Origin: Armatimonadota bacterium
GTDB lineage: Bacteria; Armatimonadota; HRBIN16
Reading direction: 5' to 3'
Assembly (NCBI GenBank): GCA_963677485.1
Contig: OY781964.1
Span: forward strand, 512,001 to 576,000
Length of the DNA: 64,000 bases
In this document: positions 39,594 to 49,270 of the stretch, in pieces
How positions within the stretch are numbered: the first letter of the stretch is position 1
Layout: every line of letters begins with the position of its first letter
The notes under the pieces: generated by a model
What the model saw: only the letters and a program-made list of their open reading frames with translations
What the model was told of the DNA's origin: nothing
Database searches by the model: none
Translations under genes and position numbers: made by a program

Positions 39594-42068
39594 TCAACTG
39601 CCAATTGCCAATTGCTGGTATAGATATCGCTGGAATCCAGAAAACACCAGCCCGATTTCGTCTGGTTTGCCCAGATCGGCGATGGCATCTGTGATTGAAT
39701 CATGATATCTCAGCTTGAGCAACGGCCCCAGCTTCTGCATATCAAGCTCATCAACACCTTCGATGACATAGTGCGACAACACAAAGTCGAGGAACGCCTG
39801 CTGCTTGCCGGTGAAGTGCTGCCGGATGGTTGTTCGAGCCGAAGCAGCGCGCTCCGTGCGGCTGACGGTAGGCAGCGCGTATGCCACGTGCGCCAGCACG
39901 TCAAACAGGTCGCTCTGCTCCGCATCGATGATCTTCTGCATCTCGGTGAGTGCCGCTTTGTTGAAGCCCTTTTCCGACAGGCCATCCAGCAGCCTCTTGC
40001 GGGTTTCCGGCGCGCTCCATATCTCCCTCAGCTCCTGCTCGTTCTTGAAAAACTCGGGCAGTTTGCCGTAAAGCATCTCCATGAACTGCTGCGTCGAAAT
40101 CGGGGTACCGTCTGGATGCCAGTAACTGGTGGACATCATATACTGGATGGTGCGCTCCTTACCGTCTGCCAGTTTGACTTTCAGCTTCTTGCTGCATATA
40201 CATGGCTGATGGCCACACTTATCGCAGGGATGTCCGCATTCACAGCACATCTTGCCACACACGGGACACGGCTTCTTGCATTTACATGGATACTGCCCGC
40301 ATTCTGGGCAGAGCGGCTTCTCACACTCGCACGGGTAACAGTCGCACACGGAGCAGTTTTCAGGTCCGATAGGCTCACCATCCCACTCCGGGTCTGAAAA
40401 GTGGTGGTGTGCCTTCACGAAGTCGTAGATGGTGAAGTAATCCTTGCCGTCATACAGACGCGTGCCGCGGCCGATGATCTGCTTGAACTCAATCATCGAA
40501 TTAATGGGCCGCATCAGCACGATATTGCGGATGTTGCGCGCATCCACCCCAGTAGACAGCTTCTGCGATGTGGTCAGGATGGTGGGGATGGTCTTCTCGT
40601 TGTCCTGGAAATCACGCAGATACTGCTCGCCGATCATGCCGTCATTAGCGGTCACCCTCTGACAGTAGTTGGGGTCGGGGCTCCGCTTGATCTGGTTCAC
40701 CAGGTCACGAACAATCAGCGCATGTTCCTGGGTGGCGCAGAACACCAGCGTCTTCTCACTTTGGATGATTTGCGACATGAATATCTCGACCCGCTTCTTT
40801 TCCCTCGCCCTGATTTCAATGATGCGGTTAAAGGCACTTTCGCCATAAAGTGTGCCTGGTTTGGCCTCACCCTCCAGCACATGGTCGTCGGGTGTATAGA
40901 TATACTCGTCCAAAGTGGTCGCGATCTGCTTCACTTTAAACGGCGTCAGGAAGCCATCATTGATGCCCTCTTTCAGCGAATAGATGTAGACGGGGTCGCC
41001 AAAGTAGGCGTAGGTATCCACATTGTCGTCGCGCTTTGGGGTGGCGGTAAGACCGAGCTGCACTGCGGGGTTGAAATAGTCCATAATCGCCCGCCAGTTG
41101 CTTTCATCATTCGCACCACCACGATGGCACTCATCGATGATGATGAAGTCAAAAAAGTCCGGCGGATATCCGTAAAAGTTGGGCTTAGCCGGAACAGTCA
41201 ACGGCTCAGCATCGGTATCGTCCAGTATGGACGGCTCCTGCTCTCCCGGCTGGTCGCACATGAAGGTTTGGAAGATCGTAAAGAAGATGCTGCCATTAGT
41301 AGGCACGCGCTCCTTCAGCCGAATCCCGCCAGGCGATATCCGCACCAGCGCATCCTCAGGAAAAGACGAGAAGGCGGTATACGCCTGATCAGCCAGTATA
41401 TTCCGATCCGCCAAAAACAGTATCCGAGGACGGCGTAATATTTGTCCACTGTCAATTGCCCCAAGGTTCCACCGACTGTGAAACAGCTTCCAGGCGATCT
41501 GGAACGCGATGAAGGTCTTGCCTGTACCGGTTGCCAGCGTGAGCAGTATGCGTTTCTGACCATCGGCCACGGCCGACAACACACGCTCCACAGCGATGTC
41601 CTGGTAATAGCGACCGGTGAAGTAGCCGCCGCGGTCCTCAAAAGGCACCGCGGCGAAGCGGTCGCGCCAGGCGTTCTGCACAGCGAACGTGCGGCTCCAA
41701 AGCTGCTCAGGTGTGGGGAATGATGTGAGCTCCGCTTCTGTGCCGGTCTCCATGTCGATGCCGTAGATACCTTGACCATTGGTGGCGTAGGCGAATCGCA
41801 TTGCCATCTTGCCTGCGTATTGCTTGGCCTGCCCCACCCCCTCGGTCAGCGGTTTATCCCAGGCCTTGGCTTCTACCACCGCCAGTTTGGTGTTGCGGTA
41901 CTCCAGCACATAATCGGCAGTCAAGGCAGTCCCGCGCCTGAGATGTCCCTCTATACGGCCTGGTGCAATGATGTATTCGCGCCGAATACGGCTGCCTTCC
42001 ACCACCCCCCAGCCAGCGGCGGTAAGCGCGGGGTCGATATGTTCAGATCGTGTCTCAGCTTCATTCAT
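39594..42068 (-). CDS. hsdR: type I restriction enzyme subunit R (EcoAI/EcoEI-like)
   Basis: ADYVL...AVVEAK nuclease motif; ATGTGKT, DECHR, GLTATP and QIIGRGTR; EcoEI-type C-terminus. Confidence 0.93.
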   Translation of the reverse strand: MNEAETRSEHIDPALTAAGWGVVEGSRIRREYIIAPGRIEGHLRRGTALTADYVLEYRNTKLAVVEAKAWDKPLTEGVGQAKQYAGKMAMRFAYATNGQGIYGIDMETGTEAELTSFPTPEQLWSRTFAVQNAWRDRFAAVPFEDRGGYFTGRYYQDIAVERVLSAVADGQKRILLTLATGTGKTFIAFQIAWKLFHSRWNLGAIDSGQILRRPRILFLADRNILADQAYTAFSSFPEDALVRISPGGIRLKERVPTNGSIFFTIFQTFMCDQPGEQEPSILDDTDAEPLTVPAKPNFYGYPPDFFDFIIIDECHRGGANDESNWRAIMDYFNPAVQLGLTATPKRDDNVDTYAYFGDPVYIYSLKEGINDGFLTPFKVKQIATTLDEYIYTPDDHVLEGEAKPGTLYGESAFNRIIEIRAREKKRVEIFMSQIIQSEKTLVFCATQEHALIVRDLVNQIKRSPDPNYCQRVTANDGMIGEQYLRDFQDNEKTIPTILTTSQKLSTGVDARNIRNIVLMRPINSMIEFKQIIGRGTRLYDGKDYFTIYDFVKAHHHFSDPEWDGEPIGPENCSVCDCYPCECEKPLCPECGQYPCKCKKPCPVCGKMCCECGHPCDKCGHQPCICSKKLKVKLADGKERTIQYMMSTSYWHPDGTPISTQQFMEMLYGKLPEFFKNEQELREIWSAPETRKRLLDGLSEKGFNKAALTEMQKIIDAEQSDLFDVLAHVAYALPTVSRTERAASARTTIRQHFTGKQQAFLDFVLSHYVIEGVDELDMQKLGPLLKLRYHDSITDAIADLGKPDEIGLVFSGFQRYLYQQLAIGS

Positions 42069-42252
42069 CGGATGGGGCCTTTCTCGCGCGGAGACGCGGA
42101 GGACACGGAGTGGGAGAGATTATATGTTGAAGTCTGCCTCCAAATCTTCTCGCGCGGAGGCGCGGAGGACGCGGAGAGGGAGAGGGGAGATGAGGTATGT
42201 GGTGATGAGTTGCTTGTTAACAACGTATGATCTCTTCGTGTAAATACTTGAA

Positions 42253-42828
42253 TTAGCCTTCCCATAAGTTCTCCTCTGTGTTCTCCACATTTTTCTCATC
42301 ATTAAAATGTCCATCCAAGCTACTCTCCGCCTCCCCCTCTGACCTCTCCCTCTCCGTCCCCTCCGTGTCCCCCGCGCCTCCGCGTGAGACGTATTTCTCC
42401 GTCCCCTCGATCGCCCGATTCACACGAAGGTATGGCGATGCTGACGAAGGCAGGCCGTTTACGATACGGCGGAGCCCATCTTTCAATGTGGCCTCGCCGA
42501 AGTTGATCAGCAGCCCTACATGCATGTCCATCAGGCGCAGATACGTCAACAACTGTTTACTGTGAACTGGTGCCAGCATCTCCACAGACTTCAACTCTAC
42601 AACCACGCGCCGATCTACCAGCAGATCAATACGGAACCCTTCCTCGAAGAACATCCCATCATACTCGAAGCTTATGAGGCGTTGACGCTCCACGTCAAAT
42701 CCGCGTCTTTCCAGTTCTCGAGCAAGGATTACCTCGTAAACCGACTCAAGCAGACCCGGCCCAAGCTCTTTGTGTATCTTCACAGAAGCGTCTACCACTG
42801 CACCAGTTATCTCATCTAGCGGCCTCAT
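42253..42828 (-). CDS. GxxExxY protein (PD-(D/E)XK nuclease superfamily)
   Basis: LGPGLLESVY, FRIDLLV, VVVELKSVE, QLLTYL and GLLINFG. Confidence 0.92.
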   Translation of the reverse strand: MRPLDEITGAVVDASVKIHKELGPGLLESVYEVILARELERRGFDVERQRLISFEYDGMFFEEGFRIDLLVDRRVVVELKSVEMLAPVHSKQLLTYLRLMDMHVGLLINFGEATLKDGLRRIVNGLPSSASPYLRVNRAIEGTEKYVSRGGAGDTEGTERERSEGEAESSLDGHFNDEKNVENTEENLWEG

Positions 42829-43066
42829 GGCATCTCCCTCCATATCACGCAGACTACCTCACGTCGGTAACCCCCACTTTCTTATACACTGAATATAACA
42901 CAAACGTTCATGAAATACATCATAAACGGCGAGGTCGGAGAGATTCGTCTCACGCGGAGGCACGGAGGGCGCAGAGAGGGAGGTTTTGGAGGGCTGTCAC
43001 CGGATTTACTCACGCGGAGGCGCGGAGGGCGCAGAGAGGGAGAGGCTTTGGAGGGCTTCTTGCATA

Positions 43067-44260
43067 CTACAGCTCTCCGCTGAAAGCCCGATGTAGTAGT
43101 GCCTGTTTTAGTTCATCCAGTGCGTTAAGCTTATTTCGATAAATGGCGTCAAGATGCTGGGTAGCTATATGGTATGAATCAAGTATTGCCGCCAGCTCTT
43201 TTTGCTTTATGATTGATGGTAGCCATGCCTGAAACTCGAAGAGATGCTCTCGATTGACCTTAGGCATTCCCGCTCGAGCGGAACCAATCACTGCATAATC
43301 TGTAAATGGTTTACTCATCAATAAGTAGTAAAGGAAATCACGTGTTATTTGACTTGTCGAAGGTGCAAGTGGATACATATCAGCACTACACAATCCCGAA
43401 AACTGTGGACGTGCTACTTTCATTAGGTAAGGCCTAATTTTGCTGTATAACACCATTGTATCGTCAAACGGAAACTTCCCCGAAATCAAGCATTCCTCTC
43501 GCGCAGTCTTAAGTTCAATCAATTCGCCTGTTTTAGCAACGATGTTACCGGCTCCGACATGAATCATATCTATGTAGTCGCTAACTCGAGGATCAACTAG
43601 AGCTGAAGTGATGCTACATACATCTCCCAGCCTCTTCTCCACCCAGCCGTCACCTCGCTGGGTGAAGACGGATTGCAGGTGGCTTTCGAACAGCGCACGG
43701 GCGTTCTGGAGGTTCTTCTCGGCGTTAGCCCTGGCGATGGCGATGCCCTCAAACGCCTCATCGAGTATGCGCACAATCCGCTTCTGCTCATCCAGCGGGG
43801 GAAGGGGAATTGGTATTTCTTTTAGCTTCTCCTAGTTTAGAGTCATACCCTTAAGTTTTATATCGTTCATGGCAGCTTTATGCCAGTCGAAAAATTGAAG
43901 GCTGTAATATAGGAAGTCTTTCAACAAGGCTTGTTCCTTATTGATTGTTAATGCGGCTATGGCTTCATTGGTATACAAGTCACACCCTGCGTATGCCAGC
44001 CGACCGAGGGTTAGTTTAAAACTCACTAGAAGTGTTCCTGCACGCACAAGTTTTGAGATGGCAGCACCCGTGTCCGAAATATACTCCTTGCTATCACTAA
44101 CGATATTACCCGTAGTATGTAAAAGGTCAGCAATAGACAGCCATACATATCCTGTCTTTCGTTTATCATCCCAATACGACTTATCGGCACGTGATGGAGT
44201 ACGGCCTAGTTCAATACTGCATACCTCACCCAGCTTCTTTATCTGCCAACCAGCCTTCAA
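43067..44260 (-). pseudogene. hsdS: type I specificity subunit S interrupted by an in-frame TAG (43832-43834)
   Basis: A single frame reads GWQIKKLGEV...KGMTLN*EKLKEIPIPLPPLDEQKRIVRILDEAF...LKQALLHRAFSGEL, giving two TRDs plus the conserved regions. Confidence 0.9.
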
Positions 44261-44315
44261 AATACCCTCCGCGCTCTCCGCGTCTCCGCGTGAGTCATGA
44301 CCCCATCCCCCCGGT

Positions 44316-45770
44316 TCACAGCAGCAACCGGATGTGTGCCAGCACTTCGGCGCTTTCGGCGTCCAGCGCAGCGATCTCGTCCATGATTTGCTGCGGGGTG
44401 CGGTGGATCACTTCCTCACCGCCGTCGGGGTTCTTGGCGGACAGGTCGAAGCTGCTCTGGTCGATCGTCGCGGCATCCACACTCCAGCTTTTGGGTGAAT
44501 CGGCAAAGCTCTTCTGCAGCTCCACGAACTCGGCCAGATCATCATCGTTCAGCGGGTTGGTCTTGCCGAGGTTGCGGCCCGGGTCAAGCTGGTAATACCA
44601 CACCTTGTGCGTGGGTGCGCCCTTCTCAAAGAACAGCACCACCGTCTTTACACCCGCGCCCTGGAAGGTGCCGCTGGGGCAGTCTAGCACCGTATGCAGC
44701 GTGCAGCTCTCCAGAAGCATCTTGCGCAGGCTAACCGAGGCGTTGTCGGTATTGGACAGGAAGGTGTTCTTGATCACCACGCCAGCCCGTCCGCCGGCCC
44801 TGAGCATCTTGATGAAGTGCTGCAGGAACAGGAACGCCGTTTCGCCGGTGCGTATGGGGAAGTTTTGCTGAACCTCTTTGCGCTCCTTGCCTCCGAAGGG
44901 TGGATTCGCCAGGATGATGTCGTAACGGTCTTTCTCTTGAATATCCGCCAGGTTCTCAGCCAGGGTGTTGGTATGCATGATGTTGGGTGCTTCGATGCCA
45001 TGCAGAATCATATTCATGATCGCGATCACATACGCCAGCGACTTCTTTTCCTTGCCGTAGAAGCTGCGCTGCTGCAGTGTCTGCAAGTCGGATGTGCTGA
45101 GGTCTGGCTTCGCCTTGAGGTAGTCAAACGCCTCGCAAAGGAATCCCGCGGAGCCGACCGCACCGTCGTAGATGGTCTGACCGATCTCTGGTTTCACCAC
45201 CTGCACCATCGCACGAATCAGCGGGCGCGGGGTGTAATACTCACCGCCGTTACGCCCAGCGTTGCCCATATTCTTGATCTTCGCTTCGTAGAGGTGGGAG
45301 AGCTCGTGCTTCTCGGTTTGCGATCTGAAGCGCAGTTCGTCAATGAAATCCAGTATCTCACGCAGGTTATACCCGCTCGAGATTTTGTTTTGGATTTCGC
45401 CGAATATCTCGCCGATTTTGTATTCAATGGTATTTGGGCCGGTCGCCCTCTGCTTGAATCCGTTCAGGTAGGGAAACAGCTTGCGGTCCACGAACTCACG
45501 CAGATCATCGCCGGTCATCGCCTTATTGTGGTCGAGTTTCCCGTCCTCGGTTTTGGGTGCCGCCCAGTTATCCCAGCGGTAGGCCTCATCAAGGATGTAG
45601 CTGTAACTGCGACCTTCCAGCTCCGCTTCCATCGCCCTGTCTTGCTCCAGACCGTCCAGATATTTCAAGAACAGCAGCCACGAGGTCTGTTCCGTGTAAT
45701 CCAGCTCACTGGAGCAACCCGCCTCTTTACGAAGGATGTCGTCGATATTCCTGAATGCTTGTTCGAACAA
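44316..45770 (-). CDS. hsdM: type I DNA methyltransferase subunit M (N6-adenine)
   Basis: GEYYTPR, YDGAVGSAGFL and LANPPFGG. Confidence 0.95.
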   Translation of the reverse strand: MFEQAFRNIDDILRKEAGCSSELDYTEQTSWLLFLKYLDGLEQDRAMEAELEGRSYSYILDEAYRWDNWAAPKTEDGKLDHNKAMTGDDLREFVDRKLFPYLNGFKQRATGPNTIEYKIGEIFGEIQNKISSGYNLREILDFIDELRFRSQTEKHELSHLYEAKIKNMGNAGRNGGEYYTPRPLIRAMVQVVKPEIGQTIYDGAVGSAGFLCEAFDYLKAKPDLSTSDLQTLQQRSFYGKEKKSLAYVIAIMNMILHGIEAPNIMHTNTLAENLADIQEKDRYDIILANPPFGGKERKEVQQNFPIRTGETAFLFLQHFIKMLRAGGRAGVVIKNTFLSNTDNASVSLRKMLLESCTLHTVLDCPSGTFQGAGVKTVVLFFEKGAPTHKVWYYQLDPGRNLGKTNPLNDDDLAEFVELQKSFADSPKSWSVDAATIDQSSFDLSAKNPDGGEEVIHRTPQQIMDEIAALDAESAEVLAHIRLLL

Positions 45771-45875
45771 TAGAACACTCCATTAACACCGCCGATATCA
45801 ACGGCAGGCGATCATTAACATTATAGCGACACGGCAATCCACCCATTGGCGACGGGTATCGTCAACCCGTGGGGA

Positions 45876-45899
45876 GGGCGATTCACGAATCGCCCCTAC
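45876..45899. repeat. REP-type palindrome
   Basis: AGGGCGATTCACGAATCGCCCCTAC; near-identical copies at 61917-61941 and about 4904-4925. Confidence 0.7.
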
Positions 45900-46041
45900 A
45901 CCAGACCGGCGCGGAAAGAGTCTGCATACCATTCGCAGGCATACCGACAAACCGTGCCTGTCATTATCTCTCCCACTCCGCGCCCTCCGCGTCTCCGCGT
46001 GAGACGAACCTCTCCCCCCTCCGCGTGAGACGTCCCTAACC

Positions 46042-46998
46042 CTACTTCACGCCCATATCCGTCAGCAGTTTGGCGACCACGGGGTCGGGCGTGATGCTGG
46101 CATTCACCGGCAGCAGAGCGCCGTGGGTGCTGACCAGCTTCCAGCCCTTGCCATCCTCATTCTTGAACTGCAAGTCCAGCTTGCCCAGAAAGATGCCCAT
46201 CTCCCCTGTCTGCACAATCGGCAGGTCAGGGCGGTTGCCGCGTTTGACCATCAGGGTGGGGTCTATGAAGGTGTGGCTGTCACCGCCCACGATGGCATCA
46301 AGCTCGGGCACCTGTTCCGCCAGCAACTGGTCCATCAAGTCGCCGATGTGGGTCAGCGCTATCAGCACATCGCACTCACGCTTGATCTGAGGTGCCAGCT
46401 TCTTCGCCACGGCGATCGGGTCCGAAATCGTCCAGCCGCGAGTCTGTGGATAATCGGAAGAACGCGGGGCTGTCACCCCCAGGATGCCCACCCGCACGTT
46501 GCCGATCTTCTTCACGATGTACGGCTTCACACCGGGCACCATCACGCCGGTCTTGCCCACCGTCAGGTTGGCCGCCAGCCAGGGAAACTTACAACTGCTC
46601 ATTAGCTGCCGGAACACCACCTGCGAGCGGGTATCCAGCGTGGCTTTGAACTCGTTGTTGCCCACGCACATGGCATCATACTTCATCAGGTTCATCGCGG
46701 CGAACTCCGGCTTGCCCATGGTTAAGGTATGCCATGGTCCACGCGTGAACACATCGCCGGCTTCCAGCAGCAGAACCGGGTTTTTGGCCTCTTTGCGTAG
46801 CTTATCTATCAGCGTGGCGCGCCGGGCCAGGCCTCCCAACTGCTTGCCGTCGTATTTCACCACCCCCTGGTAATCAAACGGCAGCATCATACCATGAGTA
46901 TCATTGGTGTGCAAAATAGTTAAGTTGAAGCTGGTCTGTGCCCATATCTGAGCACTCAGCAGTACGAACACAGCCGCTATGACGATCCGTTTGAACAT
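46042..46998 (-). CDS. secreted 5'-nucleotidase-like metallophosphoesterase (N-terminal domain only)
   Basis: LHTNDTHG, GGLARRA, AGDVF, GNNEF, LTHIG and GGDSHT. Confidence 0.85.
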   Translation of the reverse strand: MFKRIVIAAVFVLLSAQIWAQTSFNLTILHTNDTHGMMLPFDYQGVVKYDGKQLGGLARRATLIDKLRKEAKNPVLLLEAGDVFTRGPWHTLTMGKPEFAAMNLMKYDAMCVGNNEFKATLDTRSQVVFRQLMSSCKFPWLAANLTVGKTGVMVPGVKPYIVKKIGNVRVGILGVTAPRSSDYPQTRGWTISDPIAVAKKLAPQIKRECDVLIALTHIGDLMDQLLAEQVPELDAIVGGDSHTFIDPTLMVKRGNRPDLPIVQTGEMGIFLGKLDLQFKNEDGKGWKLVSTHGALLPVNASITPDPVVAKLLTDMGVK

Positions 46999-47102
46999 GG
47001 GAGTCTCCTTGTCGTTTATTCTATTACCATTATGCCCCAGAGCGTCATGCTACCGCCTGCATGTGATATATGTAATATGGAAACCGCGAAAACACCTGAG
47101 GG

Positions 47103-47960
47103 ATGAAGATGCAAAAGATACCGTTCGTTATTCTTGCCGCCATGCTCTGCCTGGCCGGTTGCCAACATCAACCTGAAGGCAAAGTCCCATTCCCAAAAAA
47201 ACACACCGATAAGCTGACCAAAGAAAAGTTCTGGCAAGGGGCGATAGAAAACAGCTACCGTTCACCAGAGGAACTCAATGCCCAGCAACTCACCGAACAG
47301 CGGCATGGTTTGAACCTGGCCATTCTGGCCCGCGGTAACCCCAAAGAGATGGCGGTCGCATTGACGTTCGACGATGGGCCTCATCCTGCGGTGACCCCGA
47401 AACTGCTGGCACTGCTAAAGCACTACCACGTAAAGGCCACATTCTTTGTGGTAGGCTTCATGGCGCGAAAGCATCCTGAGTTGATCAAGCAGATGGTGGC
47501 GGAAGGGCACGTGGTCGCCAACCACACATATCACCATGTGAATCTGACGAAGCTTCCTGTGGACTATGTACCCTACGAGTGGTCTATGTGTAACGACGTG
47601 CTGTGGAAAATCACACATCGTCCGGTTAGGTTTTGCCGCCCGCCAGGCGGCGACTACGACCCCGATGTGGTGAAGGCCGCCCACCAGAACGGGCTCACAA
47701 CCGTCTTGTGGACAGATGATCCTGGTGATTATGCCAGTCCTGGCGACTTCACCATACTCCGAAGGACTCTGCACAGCCTGCGTCCGGGAGGCATAATCCT
47801 GCTGCATGACGGTATCCAGCAAACACTCGATGTGCTGCCCACCATCATCGATGCCGCGAAGTCCAGCGGTTTACGGTTCATCACGGTCGAACAGATGGCA
47901 GCTCAGGCCCACCTGAAACCATTCTCAGGCACTCGACCTAAGCCTTCCGCTACACCTTAA
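47103..47960 (+). CDS. polysaccharide deacetylase lipoprotein (NodB/CE4)
   Basis: Lipobox LAGC; TFDDGP, HTYHH, RPPGG and LLHDG. Confidence 0.92.
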   Translation: MKMQKIPFVILAAMLCLAGCQHQPEGKVPFPKKHTDKLTKEKFWQGAIENSYRSPEELNAQQLTEQRHGLNLAILARGNPKEMAVALTFDDGPHPAVTPKLLALLKHYHVKATFFVVGFMARKHPELIKQMVAEGHVVANHTYHHVNLTKLPVDYVPYEWSMCNDVLWKITHRPVRFCRPPGGDYDPDVVKAAHQNGLTTVLWTDDPGDYASPGDFTILRRTLHSLRPGGIILLHDGIQQTLDVLPTIIDAAKSSGLRFITVEQMAAQAHLKPFSGTRPKPSATP

Positions 47961-49131
47961 GGAATAGGTGCTTTTTATATAGTATTGCCAGAACACCCCA
48001 CCAGATCCCGATGTAGCAGGCGGTGTAAGCCCATCCGCCTGCGATACGGCCAAAGGTGCTGATGCTTTGGTGAAGCAAGTAGCGGTCCATGCTCAGACGA
48101 GATCCGTCCGGCATCTTCATCATCCAATCCTGAAGCACCCAGATTTTCACCAGGATGGGTGCCACATAACCGGCGATGGGGTTGGCTCCAAACACGGCTA
48201 GAGGTACGCCCCATCTTTGGTGTTTACACGTGTCGATGGCCCAGTAGAACACGGCAAGCAGCACCGTTCCTGTGCCTGTAGTCAGCAGCAAGAAGGGCGG
48301 TGTCCACAACGCTTTACTGTAAGGCATATATTGCTTCCAGGTTGTCGCAGCCAGGATGAGTGCGAATCCCGATGCGAAGAGCATCGCTAGTTTCATTTTC
48401 GGCGAATTCGCATCGTTGATGAGAAAATCGCCGATGACACTACCGAGTATGACCGCCGCGGCGGTTGGTATCACCGAGGGCAGACCCCACAACCCCACAC
48501 TTCCGAACAGATTCAGATTTAGGTAATAAGAAAGATTCTGCACTTCACTATGTATGCCTTTGCCCACAGATGGCACCGTGATGAAGCTCATCGCGGCCCA
48601 ATAACCCACCATCATCAGCGACGAAATCAGTAGCCGCCGGCTCAAAGGCAACTCGGACAGGAGCGCACCCAGTAAGTAGGCCAGAGCGATCAACTGCAGC
48701 ACGCCCAGTGAAAACACGGGTTTATGCTGTGCCGCGCTCTCCAGCAGCAGCCCCAGCGCAAACAAGCGCAAAGTGCGGGTGATGATATGAGCGTCGACCC
48801 GCCAACTGCTTAAGCCATGCCGCTTCCAGGAGGCGACGGCGAAGGGTAATGCCACCCCCACGCACAGCAGGAACCATGGAAACACGAAGTCAGCCAATCT
48901 GACCATCTCACCCCATTTGGCATGGGTCAGTTGGACAGGAGCCGCCTCATCCAAAGCCAGGTTGTTGACTAGCAGCATCAGTATCACCGTCAGCCCACGG
49001 AGCACATCAAGGGACATCAACCGCGTGGCCTTTGGCGATGGCGTGGGCAGTGGTGTTTCGGTGCTTGTTGCGGTTTCAGGCACATCGGCGGATTTATGTG
49101 AATGGAGCAGTTTCTGCCAAGTTTTTAGCAT
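47950..49131 (-). CDS. HGSNAT/NagX-like (DUF5009) membrane acyltransferase
   Basis: RLMSLDVLRG, MLLVNN, ADFVFPWFL, GVLQLIA and KALWT. Confidence 0.85.
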   Translation of the reverse strand: MLKTWQKLLHSHKSADVPETATSTETPLPTPSPKATRLMSLDVLRGLTVILMLLVNNLALDEAAPVQLTHAKWGEMVRLADFVFPWFLLCVGVALPFAVASWKRHGLSSWRVDAHIITRTLRLFALGLLLESAAQHKPVFSLGVLQLIALAYLLGALLSELPLSRRLLISSLMMVGYWAAMSFITVPSVGKGIHSEVQNLSYYLNLNLFGSVGLWGLPSVIPTAAAVILGSVIGDFLINDANSPKMKLAMLFASGFALILAATTWKQYMPYSKALWTPPFLLLTTGTGTVLLAVFYWAIDTCKHQRWGVPLAVFGANPIAGYVAPILVKIWVLQDWMMKMPDGSRLSMDRYLLHQSISTFGRIAGGWAYTACYIGIWWGVLAILYKKHLFLKV

Positions 49132-49270
49132 ACAGGCCTCCTAAATCGCGTATCTACATAAAAACATACGGTCGCTTATACACATATTGTGACCATCTCC
49201 GAATAGGCAGTGCAGGTCAACTTATGCGGTTGTGTTGTGCCGTAACCTCGGAAGGTCGCGATGGCTTTTT

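Larger units (their letters stand above)
42082..46030. repeat. dispersed CTCACGCGGAGRCGCGGAG triple-repeat family (8 copies) punctuating the R-M operon
   Basis: Plus-strand copies start at 42082, 42148, 42948 and 43009. Inverted copies lie at 42352-42389, 44267-44294, 45976-46004 and 46019-46030 (partial). Confidence 0.9.

Noticed and set aside
43832-43834. Genome-wide amber recoding or pyrrolysine
   Set aside because: TAG ends pyk, proB, dapB and hsdS itself at the expected positions, and no pyl genes are visible.
39204-46030. Prophage or ICE carrying the R-M system
   Set aside because: No integrase, transposase, phage or conjugation genes were seen in the window.
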